From: Bacteroidia bacterium
GTDB taxonomy: Bacteria; Bacteroidota; Bacteroidia; NS11-12g; UBA9320
NCBI GenBank assembly: GCA_028247315.1
Contig: JAOKFZ010000003.1
Span: 25,800-89,799, forward strand
Length of the DNA stretch: 64,000 bases
Direction: 5' to 3'
In this document: piece by piece, positions 9,019 through 19,572 of the stretch
Layout: every line of letters starts with the position of its first letter
Numbering within the stretch: the first letter of the stretch is position 1
Made by a program: the position numbers and the translations under genes
Notes under the pieces: generated by a model
The model's database searches: none
What the model was told of the DNA's origin: nothing
Seen by the model: only the letters and a program-made list of their open reading frames with translations

Positions 9019-11091
9019 TTATTCTTTTATTCCCTCGAGCATAAGTAAGAAAGCAAAGTCCTTAGCTGTTTCTTTCAACGCTTCGAAACGTCCGCTAGCT
9101 CCACCGTGACCTGTTTCCATGTTGCAATCCATTATGAGGATATTATTATCCGTTTTCATGTCGCGTAACTTAGCAAGCCATTTAGCAGGTTCCCAATACT
9201 GCACTTGACTATCGTGTAGACCAGTCGTGATAAGCATATTGGGATAGTCCTTAGCTTCTACTTGATCATACGGTGAGTAGCTTTTGATATAGTGATAGTA
9301 CTCCTCCTTGTTTGGATTTCCCCATTCATCATATTCGCCTGTAGTTAGCGGTATTGTATCGTCTAGCATAGTAGTGACCACATCTACAAATGGTACTTGT
9401 GCTATCACTCCTTTCCATAACTCTGGACGGTAATTGATAACTGCACCCATCAGCAACCCGCCAGCACTTCCTCCTTGAGCATACAATTTGTCTGCACCGG
9501 TTACACCTTCGGCTATAAGGTAGTCTGCCGCATCTATGTAATCAAAGAATGTATTCTTCTTATTGAGCAGCTTTCCGTCATCATACCATTGCCTTCCCAA
9601 ATCTTCTCCTCCGCGTATGTGAGCAATCACATACACAAAACCTCTATCTAACAATGACAGCCTAATAGAGCTAAAATAAGGGTCTAACGAGTGCCCATAT
9701 GATCCGTATGCGTAGAGCAGGGTTGATCTATTCATTGGTACTGCTTCCACGTTTCCGGTCTCTCCACTTTGCTCTTTTTTATAGACCACACTCAAGGGCA
9801 CTTTAGCCCCATCCCTAGCAGTTGCCCACATACGTTTGCTACCGTAGTTACTTTCATCATAACCACCAAGCACCTCCTGTTGTTTAAGAAGTACCTTATC
9901 CTTGGTATTCATATCGTAATCGTAAACGCTGCTCGGTGTGGTCATACTCGTATACCCAAAACGAAGCGTCTCTGTATCAAACTCTGGGTTGGTACTGCTC
10001 CAACAGTCGTACGTCTCAGAATCAAATTTCATGTAGTGCTCACCTTGCGTAGTTTGGTTGATAATCCGAATATGGTTTTGGCCATTTCTTCGCTCTTCTA
10101 TTACCATATGATTTGCAAACAGTTCTACCCCTTCTAGGAGTGTGTCTTCTCTGTGTGCTATCACTTCTTTCCAATGGGTACGCTCAGTCATTGTCTCATC
10201 TGTATACATTAGTTTAAAATTAATGGCATGCCAATTGGTAACCACGTACCAACGGTCTTGGTAATGCGTAATGCCATATTCTAGACCACGTATTCTTGGC
10301 TGAAAAAGCTTAAAGGCATCCTCTGGTTTCTCTGCAAGGAGTATTTGATACTCCGAAGTAATGCTTGCTCCACTACTGATTACAATATACTTCTGGCTTT
10401 TGCTTTTGTATACGCCACAGTTGAAGGTATCATCCGTCTCTATATATCTTTCAGTATGTTCTCTAGTAAGAATATTATAGGACATGATCTTGTAGCTACG
10501 CAACGTGGTCTCATCTTTGAGCGTATAGAAAATAGTCTGATTGTCTGCAGCCCAAGTAGCTCCACCAGTAGTTCCCTTAATTTCCATATCTAGCTTTTCC
10601 CCCGTCTTTAGGTTTTTCAAGTATAGATTGTAAATCCTTCTACTTACGGTATCCTCAGCGTAAACACACAGTTCGTTATTGGGACTTACCGTATAGCTCC
10701 CTAATTGGTAATACGCATGCTCTTTAGCCATCTCATTTACATTAAACACTATCTCCTCTGCACCTGCATCTTCCAGCTTTTCCTCACCTTGCTTGCGGCA
10801 ATAGATTGGGTATTCGCCTGTTTCTTCAAAACGTGTGTAATACCAGTACCCACTCTTGCGAAACGGCACACTAGCGTCATCTTTTTTTATGCGTCCTACC
10901 ATTTCCTCGTAGAGATCATTCTGTAGCTTTTCGGTAGGCTTCAATACCTTTTTGGTGTACGAGTTTTCAGCATTCAGATAGTCGAGTACTTCCTGGTCCT
11001 CTCTTTCATTGAGCCAAAAATAGTCATCTACTCTAGTGTCTCCGTGCATCTTGAGTTCCTTTGGTACTTTTTTAGCTTTAGGTGCTTGCAT
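9019..11091 (-). CDS. ptrB: Oligopeptidase B (S9 family serine protease II)
   Basis: The N-terminus PKAKKVPKELKMHGDTRVDDYFWLNEREDQEVLDYLNAENSYT parallels E. coli PtrB. GGSAGG nucleophile-elbow region is present. 690 aa. Confidence 0.85.
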   Translation of the reverse strand: MQAPKAKKVPKELKMHGDTRVDDYFWLNEREDQEVLDYLNAENSYTKKVLKPTEKLQNDLYEEMVGRIKKDDASVPFRKSGYWYYTRFEETGEYPIYCRKQGEEKLEDAGAEEIVFNVNEMAKEHAYYQLGSYTVSPNNELCVYAEDTVSRRIYNLYLKNLKTGEKLDMEIKGTTGGATWAADNQTIFYTLKDETTLRSYKIMSYNILTREHTERYIETDDTFNCGVYKSKSQKYIVISSGASITSEYQILLAEKPEDAFKLFQPRIRGLEYGITHYQDRWYVVTNWHAINFKLMYTDETMTERTHWKEVIAHREDTLLEGVELFANHMVIEERRNGQNHIRIINQTTQGEHYMKFDSETYDCWSSTNPEFDTETLRFGYTSMTTPSSVYDYDMNTKDKVLLKQQEVLGGYDESNYGSKRMWATARDGAKVPLSVVYKKEQSGETGNVEAVPMNRSTLLYAYGSYGHSLDPYFSSIRLSLLDRGFVYVIAHIRGGEDLGRQWYDDGKLLNKKNTFFDYIDAADYLIAEGVTGADKLYAQGGSAGGLLMGAVINYRPELWKGVIAQVPFVDVVTTMLDDTIPLTTGEYDEWGNPNKEEYYHYIKSYSPYDQVEAKDYPNMLITTGLHDSQVQYWEPAKWLAKLRDMKTDNNILIMDCNMETGHGGASGRFEALKETAKDFAFLLMLEGIKE

Positions 11092-11184
11092 GGTACAATG
11101 ATAGAAGTATTGTACAGTAGAATGAAAGAATAGTTATGCCAAAATACATCACTACCCACTATATGAAACGACACATTTTCAACT

Positions 11185-11192
11185 TATCTTTG
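11185..11192 (+). promoter_or_regulatory. -7 promoter box (TATCTTTG)
   Basis: TAnnTTTG match 16 nt before the GTG start at 11209. Confidence 0.35.
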
Positions 11193-11208
11193 TTCCAACT
11201 CTAATCAA

Positions 11209-11985
11209 GTGCTTCATTATACCACACATACACACTCTAAAGATGTCCAATGGGTCACCTTCATACATGGGGCTGGTGGCAGCAGTAGCATCTGGTATAA
11301 GCAAGTACGTGCATTTCAAAAACACTACAATGTTTTGCTCATAGACCTGCGTGGACACGGAAAATCAAAGAAGCCTATCTATGAGAAACTAAAACGCTAC
11401 CGTTTTGATAATATAGGGGATGAAGTCGTTGAAGTACTGGACCACTTAGAGATAAAGACGACTCATTGGGTAGGCATCTCACTAGGCACTATTGTAATAC
11501 GTGAGATAACAGAGCGGTTTCCGGACCGTGCTTTGAGTATGATAATGGGCGGTGCTATTATGAAAATGAATGCTCGAGGGCAAGTACTCATGCGTCTTGG
11601 GGTACTACTAAAATCGGTTGTGCCGTACCTGCTGCTCTACCGATTCTTTGCCCACATAATAATGCCAAAGAAGAGTCATAGAGAGAGCAGAAATCTGTTT
11701 ATTGAAGAAGCTAAGAAGCTATACCAAAAGGAATTCAAACGTTGGTTTACGCTGGTAGCGGAGATTAATCCGTTGCTGAAGTATTTCCGGTTCAAAGACG
11801 CAGGTATTCCTACCCTCTATATTATGGGTGAAGAGGACCACATGTTTTTGCCAAGCATTACCAAAATAGTGCAAGACCATAAAAGCTCAACACTACATGT
11901 AATACCTGACTGTGGTCATGTAGTGAACGTAGAACAACCCCATGTTTTTAATGAAGTGGTTGTAGGGTTTTTGAGAGGGGTGTAA
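11209..11985 (+). CDS. Alpha/beta hydrolase
   Basis: HGAGGSS oxyanion region, GISLG nucleophile elbow and a C-terminal GH motif (PDCGHVVNVEQP). Confidence 0.8.
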   Translation: MLHYTTHTHSKDVQWVTFIHGAGGSSSIWYKQVRAFQKHYNVLLIDLRGHGKSKKPIYEKLKRYRFDNIGDEVVEVLDHLEIKTTHWVGISLGTIVIREITERFPDRALSMIMGGAIMKMNARGQVLMRLGVLLKSVVPYLLLYRFFAHIIMPKKSHRESRNLFIEEAKKLYQKEFKRWFTLVAEINPLLKYFRFKDAGIPTLYIMGEEDHMFLPSITKIVQDHKSSTLHVIPDCGHVVNVEQPHVFNEVVVGFLRGV

Positions 11986-11986
11986 G

Positions 11987-12696
11987 TTACTTAGTATACA
12001 TAAATTTAGTTATGCTACTAGGCTTACCTTTCTCCAATGTAGATTTATATACGACTCCTTTTTTATAATTTTTTACCGACTTCTCTACCCTATTGCCATT
12101 GGTGTCATACGTTGTTTGTGCGTTATACCATAACTTGCCTTTGTAGTAGGACTTGTAGTTGTGGGAGAGTATCGTCTGGCCATCACTCGCATACGTATTC
12201 GTATATTCACTTTCTTTTTTACCCTTTGTTTCATTGATGCGTATTGAAGCGAGTTGTTTCTTAAATTTATTACGCTTCTCAACTGTTTTATACAATTCGC
12301 CCTTTTCATCTACAGCCAGACTTACTTTGGTGAGGGTACTGTCTTTATCGTATGCTCTGCTTACACACAGTCTAGAGGTATCTCTATGCTTGGCGACCTC
12401 TATGCCGTTAGCATCACAGTCAAAATTCCATACATACCTTGGCTTTACCATTATCCTTAAATTTTTGCGTTTGAGGAGTATACTGCGTTATCCCTCTCTC
12501 CAGTACGTAGTCTGATTGTTTCAAATAAGCTACTGGTAGCTGCAAGTTATAGGGCCTATAGCTAAATGTAGTATACCCCCTTCCAGTATAACCGATCATA
12601 GGGAGAAACGCTCTGAGCATACATGGTATAACTCAAGCTGGCAAGAAGAATAAGGATTGTATTCCGTATTGTATTTGGAGATAATTTCAGTTTCAT
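11987..12696 (-). pseudogene. Frameshifted secreted protein (signal peptide and body lie in three different frames)
   Basis: The ATG at 12696 encodes MKLKLSPNTIRNTILILLASLSYTMYAQ and stops after 44 codons. Reading continues in a second frame (ORF 12420..12620) after a C5/G5 run at 12576..12580, then in a third frame (ORF 11987..12451). Confidence 0.4.
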
Positions 12697-12771
12697 ACTA
12701 ACTTAGTGATTTTTAGCCTTATAAAAGTTTCATATTTCGAATAACGGGACTTTTCGCCGTAATATTGCAAG

Positions 12772-13470
12772 GTGAGCACAGCAGTATACATGATACCCAA
12801 TTTTATTGGTGAATTTGATAAAGAGTACCTACCCAAGCGTACCATAGAAGAGACTTATAAAATCACCCATTTCATAGTAGAAAAAGAAAAAACTGCTCGT
12901 GCCTTTCTCAAGGCTATAAGGCATCCTACGCACCAAAACGATTTTGTGTTCGTAGAGCTAGACAAGCACAATAACTATGTCGGATTCAAGCTATTTTTTC
13001 ATGAGCACATAGAGAAGCACTCCATAGGTGTTCTTTCAGAAGCTGGACTACCTGCCATAGCAGATCCTGGTAGCGAAGTGGCTAAGTATGCACATACCAA
13101 AGGTATTCCTGTAATACCATTGGCAGGTAGTTCTTCCCTCTTCCTTGCTCTCATGGCAAGTGGATTCAATGGTCAAAATTTTAAATTCAACGGATACCTT
13201 CCCCTAGATACTCGTGAGCGGGTAAAAGCCCTGAAGGAAATGGAAAATCGCTCGCGTAAAGCATCCCAGATTTTTATGGAAGCCCCATACCGAAACAATC
13301 CGTTTTTAGAATTTTTAATTAAAAATCTACAAAACGACACCAAACTATGTGTGGCTGTAGACCTCGAAAAAGAAGGGAAAGAGACCATTATATCTAAGCC
13401 CGTATCTCAATGGAAACCACGTGAAATAGAGCTACACAAGAAGCCTACTATTTTTATAATAGAAGGGTAA
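12772..13470 (+). CDS. SAM-dependent methyltransferase, tetrapyrrole-methylase fold (RsmI-related)
   Basis: GVLSEAGLPAIADPGSEVAKYAHTKGIPVIPLAGSSSLFLALMASGF matches the TP_methylase core. GTG start; an alternative ATG lies at 12790. Confidence 0.75.
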   Translation: MSTAVYMIPNFIGEFDKEYLPKRTIEETYKITHFIVEKEKTARAFLKAIRHPTHQNDFVFVELDKHNNYVGFKLFFHEHIEKHSIGVLSEAGLPAIADPGSEVAKYAHTKGIPVIPLAGSSSLFLALMASGFNGQNFKFNGYLPLDTRERVKALKEMENRSRKASQIFMEAPYRNNPFLEFLIKNLQNDTKLCVAVDLEKEGKETIISKPVSQWKPREIELHKKPTIFIIEG

Positions 13471-13526
13471 AGAATCACTTCTAATATACAAACCGTATGT
13501 TGTATACTACCTGTATAATAAAGCAG

Positions 13527-13534
13527 TACCTTTG
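13527..13534 (+). promoter_or_regulatory. -7 promoter box (TACCTTTG)
   Basis: TAnnTTTG match 21 nt before the ATG at 13556. This argues against the tracked TTG start at 13532. Confidence 0.4.
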
Positions 13535-13555
13535 CACCCGCATAACCAAAAAGTA

Positions 13556-14005
13556 ATGAAACGCATCAATCAGTACAAAAAGCTATTCAACGTAGAAGGA
13601 GACATAGACCTAGCAGAGCTAAAAAAATCATACCGCAACTTGGTAAAAGAGTGGCATCCAGATAAGCATACTGCTGACGATACCAGAAAAGAAGAAGCCG
13701 AAGAAATGAGTCGCCAGATTACAGACGGCTATGCATTCTTACAAAGTATAGCTCCCGACAACATAGCCAAAGGGCTAGAAGAATACACCAATACCATAGA
13801 AAATGCTTTCATTGATGATATGCAGCATAAGAGCATGCTCTTGGAAATATCATTTACCGATGGATCTACCTACGAATACTTTGGAGTGAACAAGACCTTG
13901 TTTTCTAAGCTCGTTAATGCAGACAAAATGCAGCGTTTTGCTCGTAGAAACATTTTTACTTCTTTCACTTACCGCAAGTCTAAAAAGACTGTGGAAGCGG
14001 AGTAA
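13556..14005 (+). CDS. DnaJ (J-domain) protein with C-terminal KTSC domain
   Basis: J-domain signature SYRNLVKEWHPDKH. The C-terminus (LEISFTDGSTYEYFGVNKTLFSKL) is KTSC-like. Confidence 0.7.
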   Translation: MKRINQYKKLFNVEGDIDLAELKKSYRNLVKEWHPDKHTADDTRKEEAEEMSRQITDGYAFLQSIAPDNIAKGLEEYTNTIENAFIDDMQHKSMLLEISFTDGSTYEYFGVNKTLFSKLVNADKMQRFARRNIFTSFTYRKSKKTVEAE

Positions 14006-14024
14006 TACTCTCTAGATAAGTAGG

Positions 14025-15935
14025 CTATACTCTCCCTTTTATTACATCTTCCACACATTCTGGATTGAGCAGTGTAGAAACATCTCCAAGGTTTTCAAAC
14101 TCGCCAGCCGCTACTTTACGCAGTATTCTACGCATTATTTTACCACTTCTTGTTTTTGGTAAACCAGTGGTGATTTGTATTTTTTCTGGTTTGCATATTG
14201 GTCCTAGTGTCTTAGCTACCAACTCCTTTATCTCTCTGGCCACTGATTCTTCTAAACTATTCCCCCTGAGTGTTATAAACGCATAAATACTATTCCCTTT
14301 TACAGCGTGTGGGTATCCTACTACAGCACTCTCTGCCACATTGGGATGTTCGTTTATCACATTTTCTATTTCTGCAGTACCTAAGTTATGACCACTTACT
14401 ATCACTATATCATCTACTCTACCCGTTATTCTATAGTTGCCTTTGGCATCTCTTTTGGCACCGTCTCCGGTGAAATACATACCTGTAAACGAGCTAAAGT
14501 AAGTATCCGCATACCGTTGATGATCTCCGTATATCGTTCTTGCCATACTCGGCCACGGATGTTTAATACAGAGTCTTCCTTCTGCATCTGCTTGGGTTAT
14601 CTCGTGGCTACTTTCATCCATTAGGCACGGCTGTATTCCGGGCAATGGTAGCGTAGCATACGTGGGGATATCCTTGGTCACACCTGCCAGACTAGAAATC
14701 ATAATTCCACCTGTTTCTGTTTGCCACCACGTATCTACTATAGGGCAATTGCTCTTACCGATGTGTTGGTCATACCATTCCCATGCTTCTAGATTGATAG
14801 GTTCTCCTACCGTTCCTAGTGTTTTAAGACTACTTAGGTCGTGCTTGATCACCATATCTATATCACACATAGCCAACGAACGAATGGCCGTAGGAGCAGT
14901 GTAAAATATATTGACCTTGTGTTTTGCTACTATCTCCCAAAAACGACCCATATCTGGGTAACTCGGCACACCTTCAAACATTACCGTAGTAGCACCTGCA
15001 CTTAGTGGACCATATAGGATATAGCTATGGCCCGTTATCCAACCAATATCGGCAGTACACCAGTAGATATCGCCATCCTCGTATTGAAATACATTCCGAA
15101 AACTATAGTTGGCATATACCATATATCCACCGCAGGTATGCACCATGCCTTTGGGCTTACCTGTACTTCCACTGGTATAGAGTATGAAGAGCATGTCCTC
15201 CGCATCCATCACTTCTGCAGGGCATATATCACTCGCCTTAGCAAACTCATCTTGCCACCACACATCACGCCCGTATTCCATAGCTATCTTGCTATTGGTA
15301 CGGTTTAATACTATCACCTTATCTACGCAGTCGCAACTCATCAGAGCCTCATCTGCTATCTCTTTTAGCGGAGTGATCTTACTGCCTCTGTACCCGCCAT
15401 CCGCCGTGATTAGCACATTGCACTTGGCATCCATTATTCTATCACTCAGGCTTTTCGCACTAAATCCTGCAAACACAACCGAGTGCACTGAACCAATGCG
15501 GGCACAAGCCAATACAGCATACGCTAGCTCAGGCGTCATCGGCATATAGAGGCAGATTCTATCGCCCTTTTTTGCCCCATTAGCCTTTAGCATATTGGCA
15601 GTTTTGTTGACATTTTTAGCCAGTTCGTTGTAGGTGATATGCAGTGGTTTTTCATTGGGATCATTGGCCTCAAAGATGATTGCCGTCTGCTCTCCTTTAG
15701 TAGCCAAGTGTCGGTCTATGCAGTTTTCTGTGATGTTCAGTTGTGCTCCTTCAAACCACCTTATATCCAACTCATCTGGGTTGGGACTTAGGCTATAATC
15801 CAGCACCTTGTCCCACTTCTTATACCATATAAACTCCTGCTCGGCAAAATCTTCCCAAAATTTTTCAGGGTTTTCTTTGCTTGCTTTATATAATTCCTGA
15901 TACTGCTTTTGGGATTTGACAATGAAATTTGACAT
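14025..15935 (-). CDS. acs: Acetyl-CoA synthetase (acetate--CoA ligase)
   Basis: 636 aa. AMP-binding motif YTSGSTGKPKG, WWQTETGG and a C-terminal PKTRSGKIMRR. Full-length Acs pattern. Confidence 0.95.
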   Translation of the reverse strand: MSNFIVKSQKQYQELYKASKENPEKFWEDFAEQEFIWYKKWDKVLDYSLSPNPDELDIRWFEGAQLNITENCIDRHLATKGEQTAIIFEANDPNEKPLHITYNELAKNVNKTANMLKANGAKKGDRICLYMPMTPELAYAVLACARIGSVHSVVFAGFSAKSLSDRIMDAKCNVLITADGGYRGSKITPLKEIADEALMSCDCVDKVIVLNRTNSKIAMEYGRDVWWQDEFAKASDICPAEVMDAEDMLFILYTSGSTGKPKGMVHTCGGYMVYANYSFRNVFQYEDGDIYWCTADIGWITGHSYILYGPLSAGATTVMFEGVPSYPDMGRFWEIVAKHKVNIFYTAPTAIRSLAMCDIDMVIKHDLSSLKTLGTVGEPINLEAWEWYDQHIGKSNCPIVDTWWQTETGGIMISSLAGVTKDIPTYATLPLPGIQPCLMDESSHEITQADAEGRLCIKHPWPSMARTIYGDHQRYADTYFSSFTGMYFTGDGAKRDAKGNYRITGRVDDIVIVSGHNLGTAEIENVINEHPNVAESAVVGYPHAVKGNSIYAFITLRGNSLEESVAREIKELVAKTLGPICKPEKIQITTGLPKTRSGKIMRRILRKVAAGEFENLGDVSTLLNPECVEDVIKGRV

Positions 15936-16119
15936 GAGGCGAATTTATATTATAATAGATAAATAGCTAATAAATTAGAATCGCTGGAGACACAACAACA
16001 TAAAGCTCCGTTTATACTACGCCACAGGCAGATAACGGTGCATCGCATTTAACTTAAGTTGAAACAAGGAGAAGAAGGTATACTTAAATTGGGTAAGCAG
16101 CACAATAAAGGCTTGGACC

Positions 16120-17337
16120 CTAAAGCACCAAAACCCTTCGTGTCGCACCTCCTACATACAGGGAATACACTCCTGATTGGAGCTCAGATATATTTAAGGT
16201 AACATTGTTATCAACTATTCCTTTTCTCTCCAATATTACTGCACCTATTGAATTGATGAGTTGAATAGCTACAGGCTCTGAAACCACACCTAAATTGACG
16301 TGTAATTCGTTTTCTGCTGGATTCGGATAGACTGACACATTCTTTGGCACTAATCTGTCTAGAGACGCTGTCCCAAAGGCTATCCTGCTAATACCAGAGC
16401 TGGTAGTCACCCATATATTATCTTTTTCATCTACAGTAATAGCACGTATAGTTGGCCCTACTACTCCTTCCTCTTCATCATAATCTGTCCAAGCATTCCC
16501 ATCAAATTTAGCAACTCCACCTACCGTAACTAGGTAGTCTACATAGATGCCCGACCAAATGTTTCCTTCTGAGTCCATTGCTAGATCTTCTACAGGATTC
16601 AACGTATCTGGCTTCGGCATGGTGTACATTCTAGTATGATTGGTCATCCACTTCATTGTATCATCAAAAACAGATATGCCATCAGACGTTCCTACCCATA
16701 TATTACCGTCATTATCCTTGAGCAGGGCAGTAGTATTATCACTTACCAATCCATCTTCTTCTGTCACCATCTCAAAATCAGTACCATTAAAAACGGCAAC
16801 ACCACCTAAGCCTGTGGCTAATATAATATCTCCATTATCTGCTTCAAGCACATCCTCTGTACCTCCAAAGGGCAGTCCATCGGCAGCCTTATAAGCTATA
16901 AATACAGTGCCATCATAGTGCGTAGCTCCATTGAAATCACTGAACCAAATATCTCCGTTTTTCATTTCAGAGATATTGGTTACTCTGCTGCTTCCTAGGC
17001 CATCGACGGTTTTGTAGGTAGTCCAAGCAGTACCGTTATAGAAACTTGCTCCAAAGTCTCCTGCTGCCCATACATTGCCTTCTTTGGTAACTAAAATAGA
17101 CGACACATTATTGTTGGCTAAACCTGGATGCGTAGTGGTAGTCATAACCTCCCAAGTACTTCCATCGTATATAGCAATACCGCTCTGTGTACCAAACCAC
17201 ATCGTTCCTTCTTGGTCCGAAGATGCACATAGTACATTATTAGATGGCAATCCATCTGCATCTGTGAACGACTTAAAAGACTGAGCAAATGAGGATATAG
17301 ATAGGACCAAACCTACCAGTAGTATTATTGATTTCAT
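16120..17337 (-). CDS. T9SS-secreted beta-propeller protein (two-component-regulator propeller repeats only)
   Basis: Signal peptide. Repeated DGLxSNxV...D..GNIW.GT..G motifs (Reg_prop type). C-terminal sorting domain VSVYPNPAENELHVNL...GVYSLYVGGATRRVLVL. ATGA overlap with the upstream CotH gene. Confidence 0.7.
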   Translation of the reverse strand: MKSIILLVGLVLSISSFAQSFKSFTDADGLPSNNVLCASSDQEGTMWFGTQSGIAIYDGSTWEVMTTTTHPGLANNNVSSILVTKEGNVWAAGDFGASFYNGTAWTTYKTVDGLGSSRVTNISEMKNGDIWFSDFNGATHYDGTVFIAYKAADGLPFGGTEDVLEADNGDIILATGLGGVAVFNGTDFEMVTEEDGLVSDNTTALLKDNDGNIWVGTSDGISVFDDTMKWMTNHTRMYTMPKPDTLNPVEDLAMDSEGNIWSGIYVDYLVTVGGVAKFDGNAWTDYDEEEGVVGPTIRAITVDEKDNIWVTTSSGISRIAFGTASLDRLVPKNVSVYPNPAENELHVNLGVVSEPVAIQLINSIGAVILERKGIVDNNVTLNISELQSGVYSLYVGGATRRVLVL

Positions 17338-19568
17338 TGTTTGATTATTTTTTTAGAGACTACACCCGTTTCATTTCTGATACTGAGAAAATACATACCA
17401 CTTGATAGTAGAGAAGCATCGAGTACATTTACTCCTTTGTTGATTTTTGTGGTCAGAACAGTCTGGCCTTGTGCGTTCATTAAAATAGCTGTTCCATTCA
17501 TATCAGATTCTACGTAGAATCTTCCGGTCAACGGATTTGGGAATATGCTAAAGGTATGCTTATCAATAGCGGTAACGCTTACTCTCTGCCCATTATTAAA
17601 AGCTGCTGGAGTAGCTTCCATAAGTACGAAAGGCCCTGTGCCATTCGGGTATCTGCCGCTGGTAACATCTGTAGTCTGACCACCAAAGGTGATTTCATCT
17701 ACCACCTCTCCTTGGTGGGACAAGTATATCGCTTCACCGCCAGATGCAAGTTTAAAATTGGTATGCAGCGGTCCATCTTCGTCATCGTCATCTGCCCAAA
17801 TAAGCAAATATGCATCAGGCCCTAGACTCGTATCTGAGAAGCTCCACTTTGCCAAATCATTCAAATCATCGGATAAGGTATATCCCAGTAGATGGATAGA
17901 CGTATCTCCGTTGTTATATAATTCTATCCAATCTTCATAGTCTCCATTTTCGTCTGCTATCACAGACGAATTAGATGCACAAAACTCATTAACTACCAAC
18001 TGCTTTACTTCTCTTATTTCATAAAAATTATATGCGGCATTGGTAGGAGAAAAAGTGCCAGAAGAGTCATTTTCTGCATACACGTAGTAGTCTATATTCT
18101 TGCCAGATGTAGGGACCACTACACCATATACTCCATCCATAGCTTGATTGTCTCCAGAGCCTCCATCGTCCATCATTTCTACTCTAGAAAAAACAGCTCC
18201 ACTTTGGTCTCTGTAGTATAAATAAACCGCAGATGCCGTATCTACCACAGTTGTCACTTGAAAATTGCTTTTGTTTTTAACATCTTTTGGTACACTGATA
18301 CTTGGAGCACCATTAGGCGAAATTCCTTTATAGTTTAAAAGGTATGCAGATCTTTCATCCATTAAATCTGTAATACCAGGATAGGCTACAAAATCTTGAA
18401 CGGTACTTGTTTTATTGGCTAAAAAATCTGCGTATGAATAGAATTTATTGCTATCCCTACTTACGTCTGTTTTTATTAAATCTTGAAGTGCCTCTAGCTC
18501 ATTTTTGTACGCTCCATTAGCAAAATGTTCTCGTACTATAGCTCGTATATGAGCGAAGTACATTCGCTTTCTTTGGTCTGTGTTGATGACATTTGTAATG
18601 AGCGGTCTGGGATGTACAGAGAAACTATTGACGTGAGCCATAGGATCCATTGTCTTGGCTTCTTCTACTGTAAAGCCTCTAAAAAAATCTGAAGCATCCG
18701 TCAATCGAAAACTGCCAAACGATTGGTTCATATCCCAAAGTATAGGATTAAACTGCCCATTCTTATCTTCATACATGTAGTAGTTTTGAGCGTAGCCAAT
18801 GTAACTATCAAAGTTGACCATTGTATAATTTAACGCATGCATCCACAGCGTCCTATCTACATTCAAAACTTCTTCTATTGCCGCTGGATCGTTGTTTAGC
18901 TTGTCTATTAGATTATAAAATGGGGCCCAGCCTATATCCGACTTTAACTCATAGAATTCGTAATAATCTGTACTGTCTTTCCCAAGACTATTGCTCAGGT
19001 TACTATTCTCACCATTTAGATCTACTTTAGTAGGATTGCCTTTGATAAACGAACCCGTAGAAGAACCGTAGTGTTGAGCTAAAAATGACTTATCTACTGA
19101 CTCTATACTCGTGTAAACACCCCAAAAATTGTTGTTTATATAAACATTGCAGTAGTTGGCCAACGATGCTGGCATATAGTTTCTGGCCACTTTATAGGAT
19201 ACTATTTCCCTTGCAAAAGAGGGGTCTTGTATCACATTGCCCAGCTTAATCTTGTCTACACCAAAATGACTTTGATCTAAAACGTAATCCAGTTTAATAT
19301 TAAACGGATTTTTGGTTCGGTCTACACTCACAGAGCTAAAGCCCTTATACCTTACTCCTATACTGTCATAATACACTCCATCTACCCATGCCGCTGCTAA
19401 AAGTCTATCCTTGTCTCCCGCTACGTAGAGACTATCAAGAATATGATCCCAGTTTTGCTGTTCAAAGACCAGTTTCACTTCAGAAATATGATCGTCATTG
19501 TGAAATAGTGTCTGTGCATGTAGCACTCCACTTACGGACAATATGGTAAGGAACAGTATTTTTTTCAC
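17334..19568 (-). CDS. T9SS-secreted CotH kinase-family protein with lamin-tail domain (LTD)
   Basis: The N-terminal ~480 aa are CotH-like (KNPFNIKLDY..., QNYYMYEDKNGQFNPILWDMNQSFG). LTD: LVVNEFCASN...GDYEDWIELYNNG. T9SS CTD: FSIFPNPLTGRFYVES...GMYFLSIRNETGVVSKKIIKQ. Confidence 0.75.
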   Translation of the reverse strand: MKKILFLTILSVSGVLHAQTLFHNDDHISEVKLVFEQQNWDHILDSLYVAGDKDRLLAAAWVDGVYYDSIGVRYKGFSSVSVDRTKNPFNIKLDYVLDQSHFGVDKIKLGNVIQDPSFAREIVSYKVARNYMPASLANYCNVYINNNFWGVYTSIESVDKSFLAQHYGSSTGSFIKGNPTKVDLNGENSNLSNSLGKDSTDYYEFYELKSDIGWAPFYNLIDKLNNDPAAIEEVLNVDRTLWMHALNYTMVNFDSYIGYAQNYYMYEDKNGQFNPILWDMNQSFGSFRLTDASDFFRGFTVEEAKTMDPMAHVNSFSVHPRPLITNVINTDQRKRMYFAHIRAIVREHFANGAYKNELEALQDLIKTDVSRDSNKFYSYADFLANKTSTVQDFVAYPGITDLMDERSAYLLNYKGISPNGAPSISVPKDVKNKSNFQVTTVVDTASAVYLYYRDQSGAVFSRVEMMDDGGSGDNQAMDGVYGVVVPTSGKNIDYYVYAENDSSGTFSPTNAAYNFYEIREVKQLVVNEFCASNSSVIADENGDYEDWIELYNNGDTSIHLLGYTLSDDLNDLAKWSFSDTSLGPDAYLLIWADDDDEDGPLHTNFKLASGGEAIYLSHQGEVVDEITFGGQTTDVTSGRYPNGTGPFVLMEATPAAFNNGQRVSVTAIDKHTFSIFPNPLTGRFYVESDMNGTAILMNAQGQTVLTTKINKGVNVLDASLLSSGMYFLSIRNETGVVSKKIIKQ

Positions 19569-19572
19569 AGTC

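Noticed and set aside
15936-16119. 184-bp spacer between the acs start and the end of the T9SS operon, scanned for an RNA gene or repeat.
   Set aside because: I saw no convincing stem-loops, repeats or conserved motifs. It probably just holds the acs promoter.
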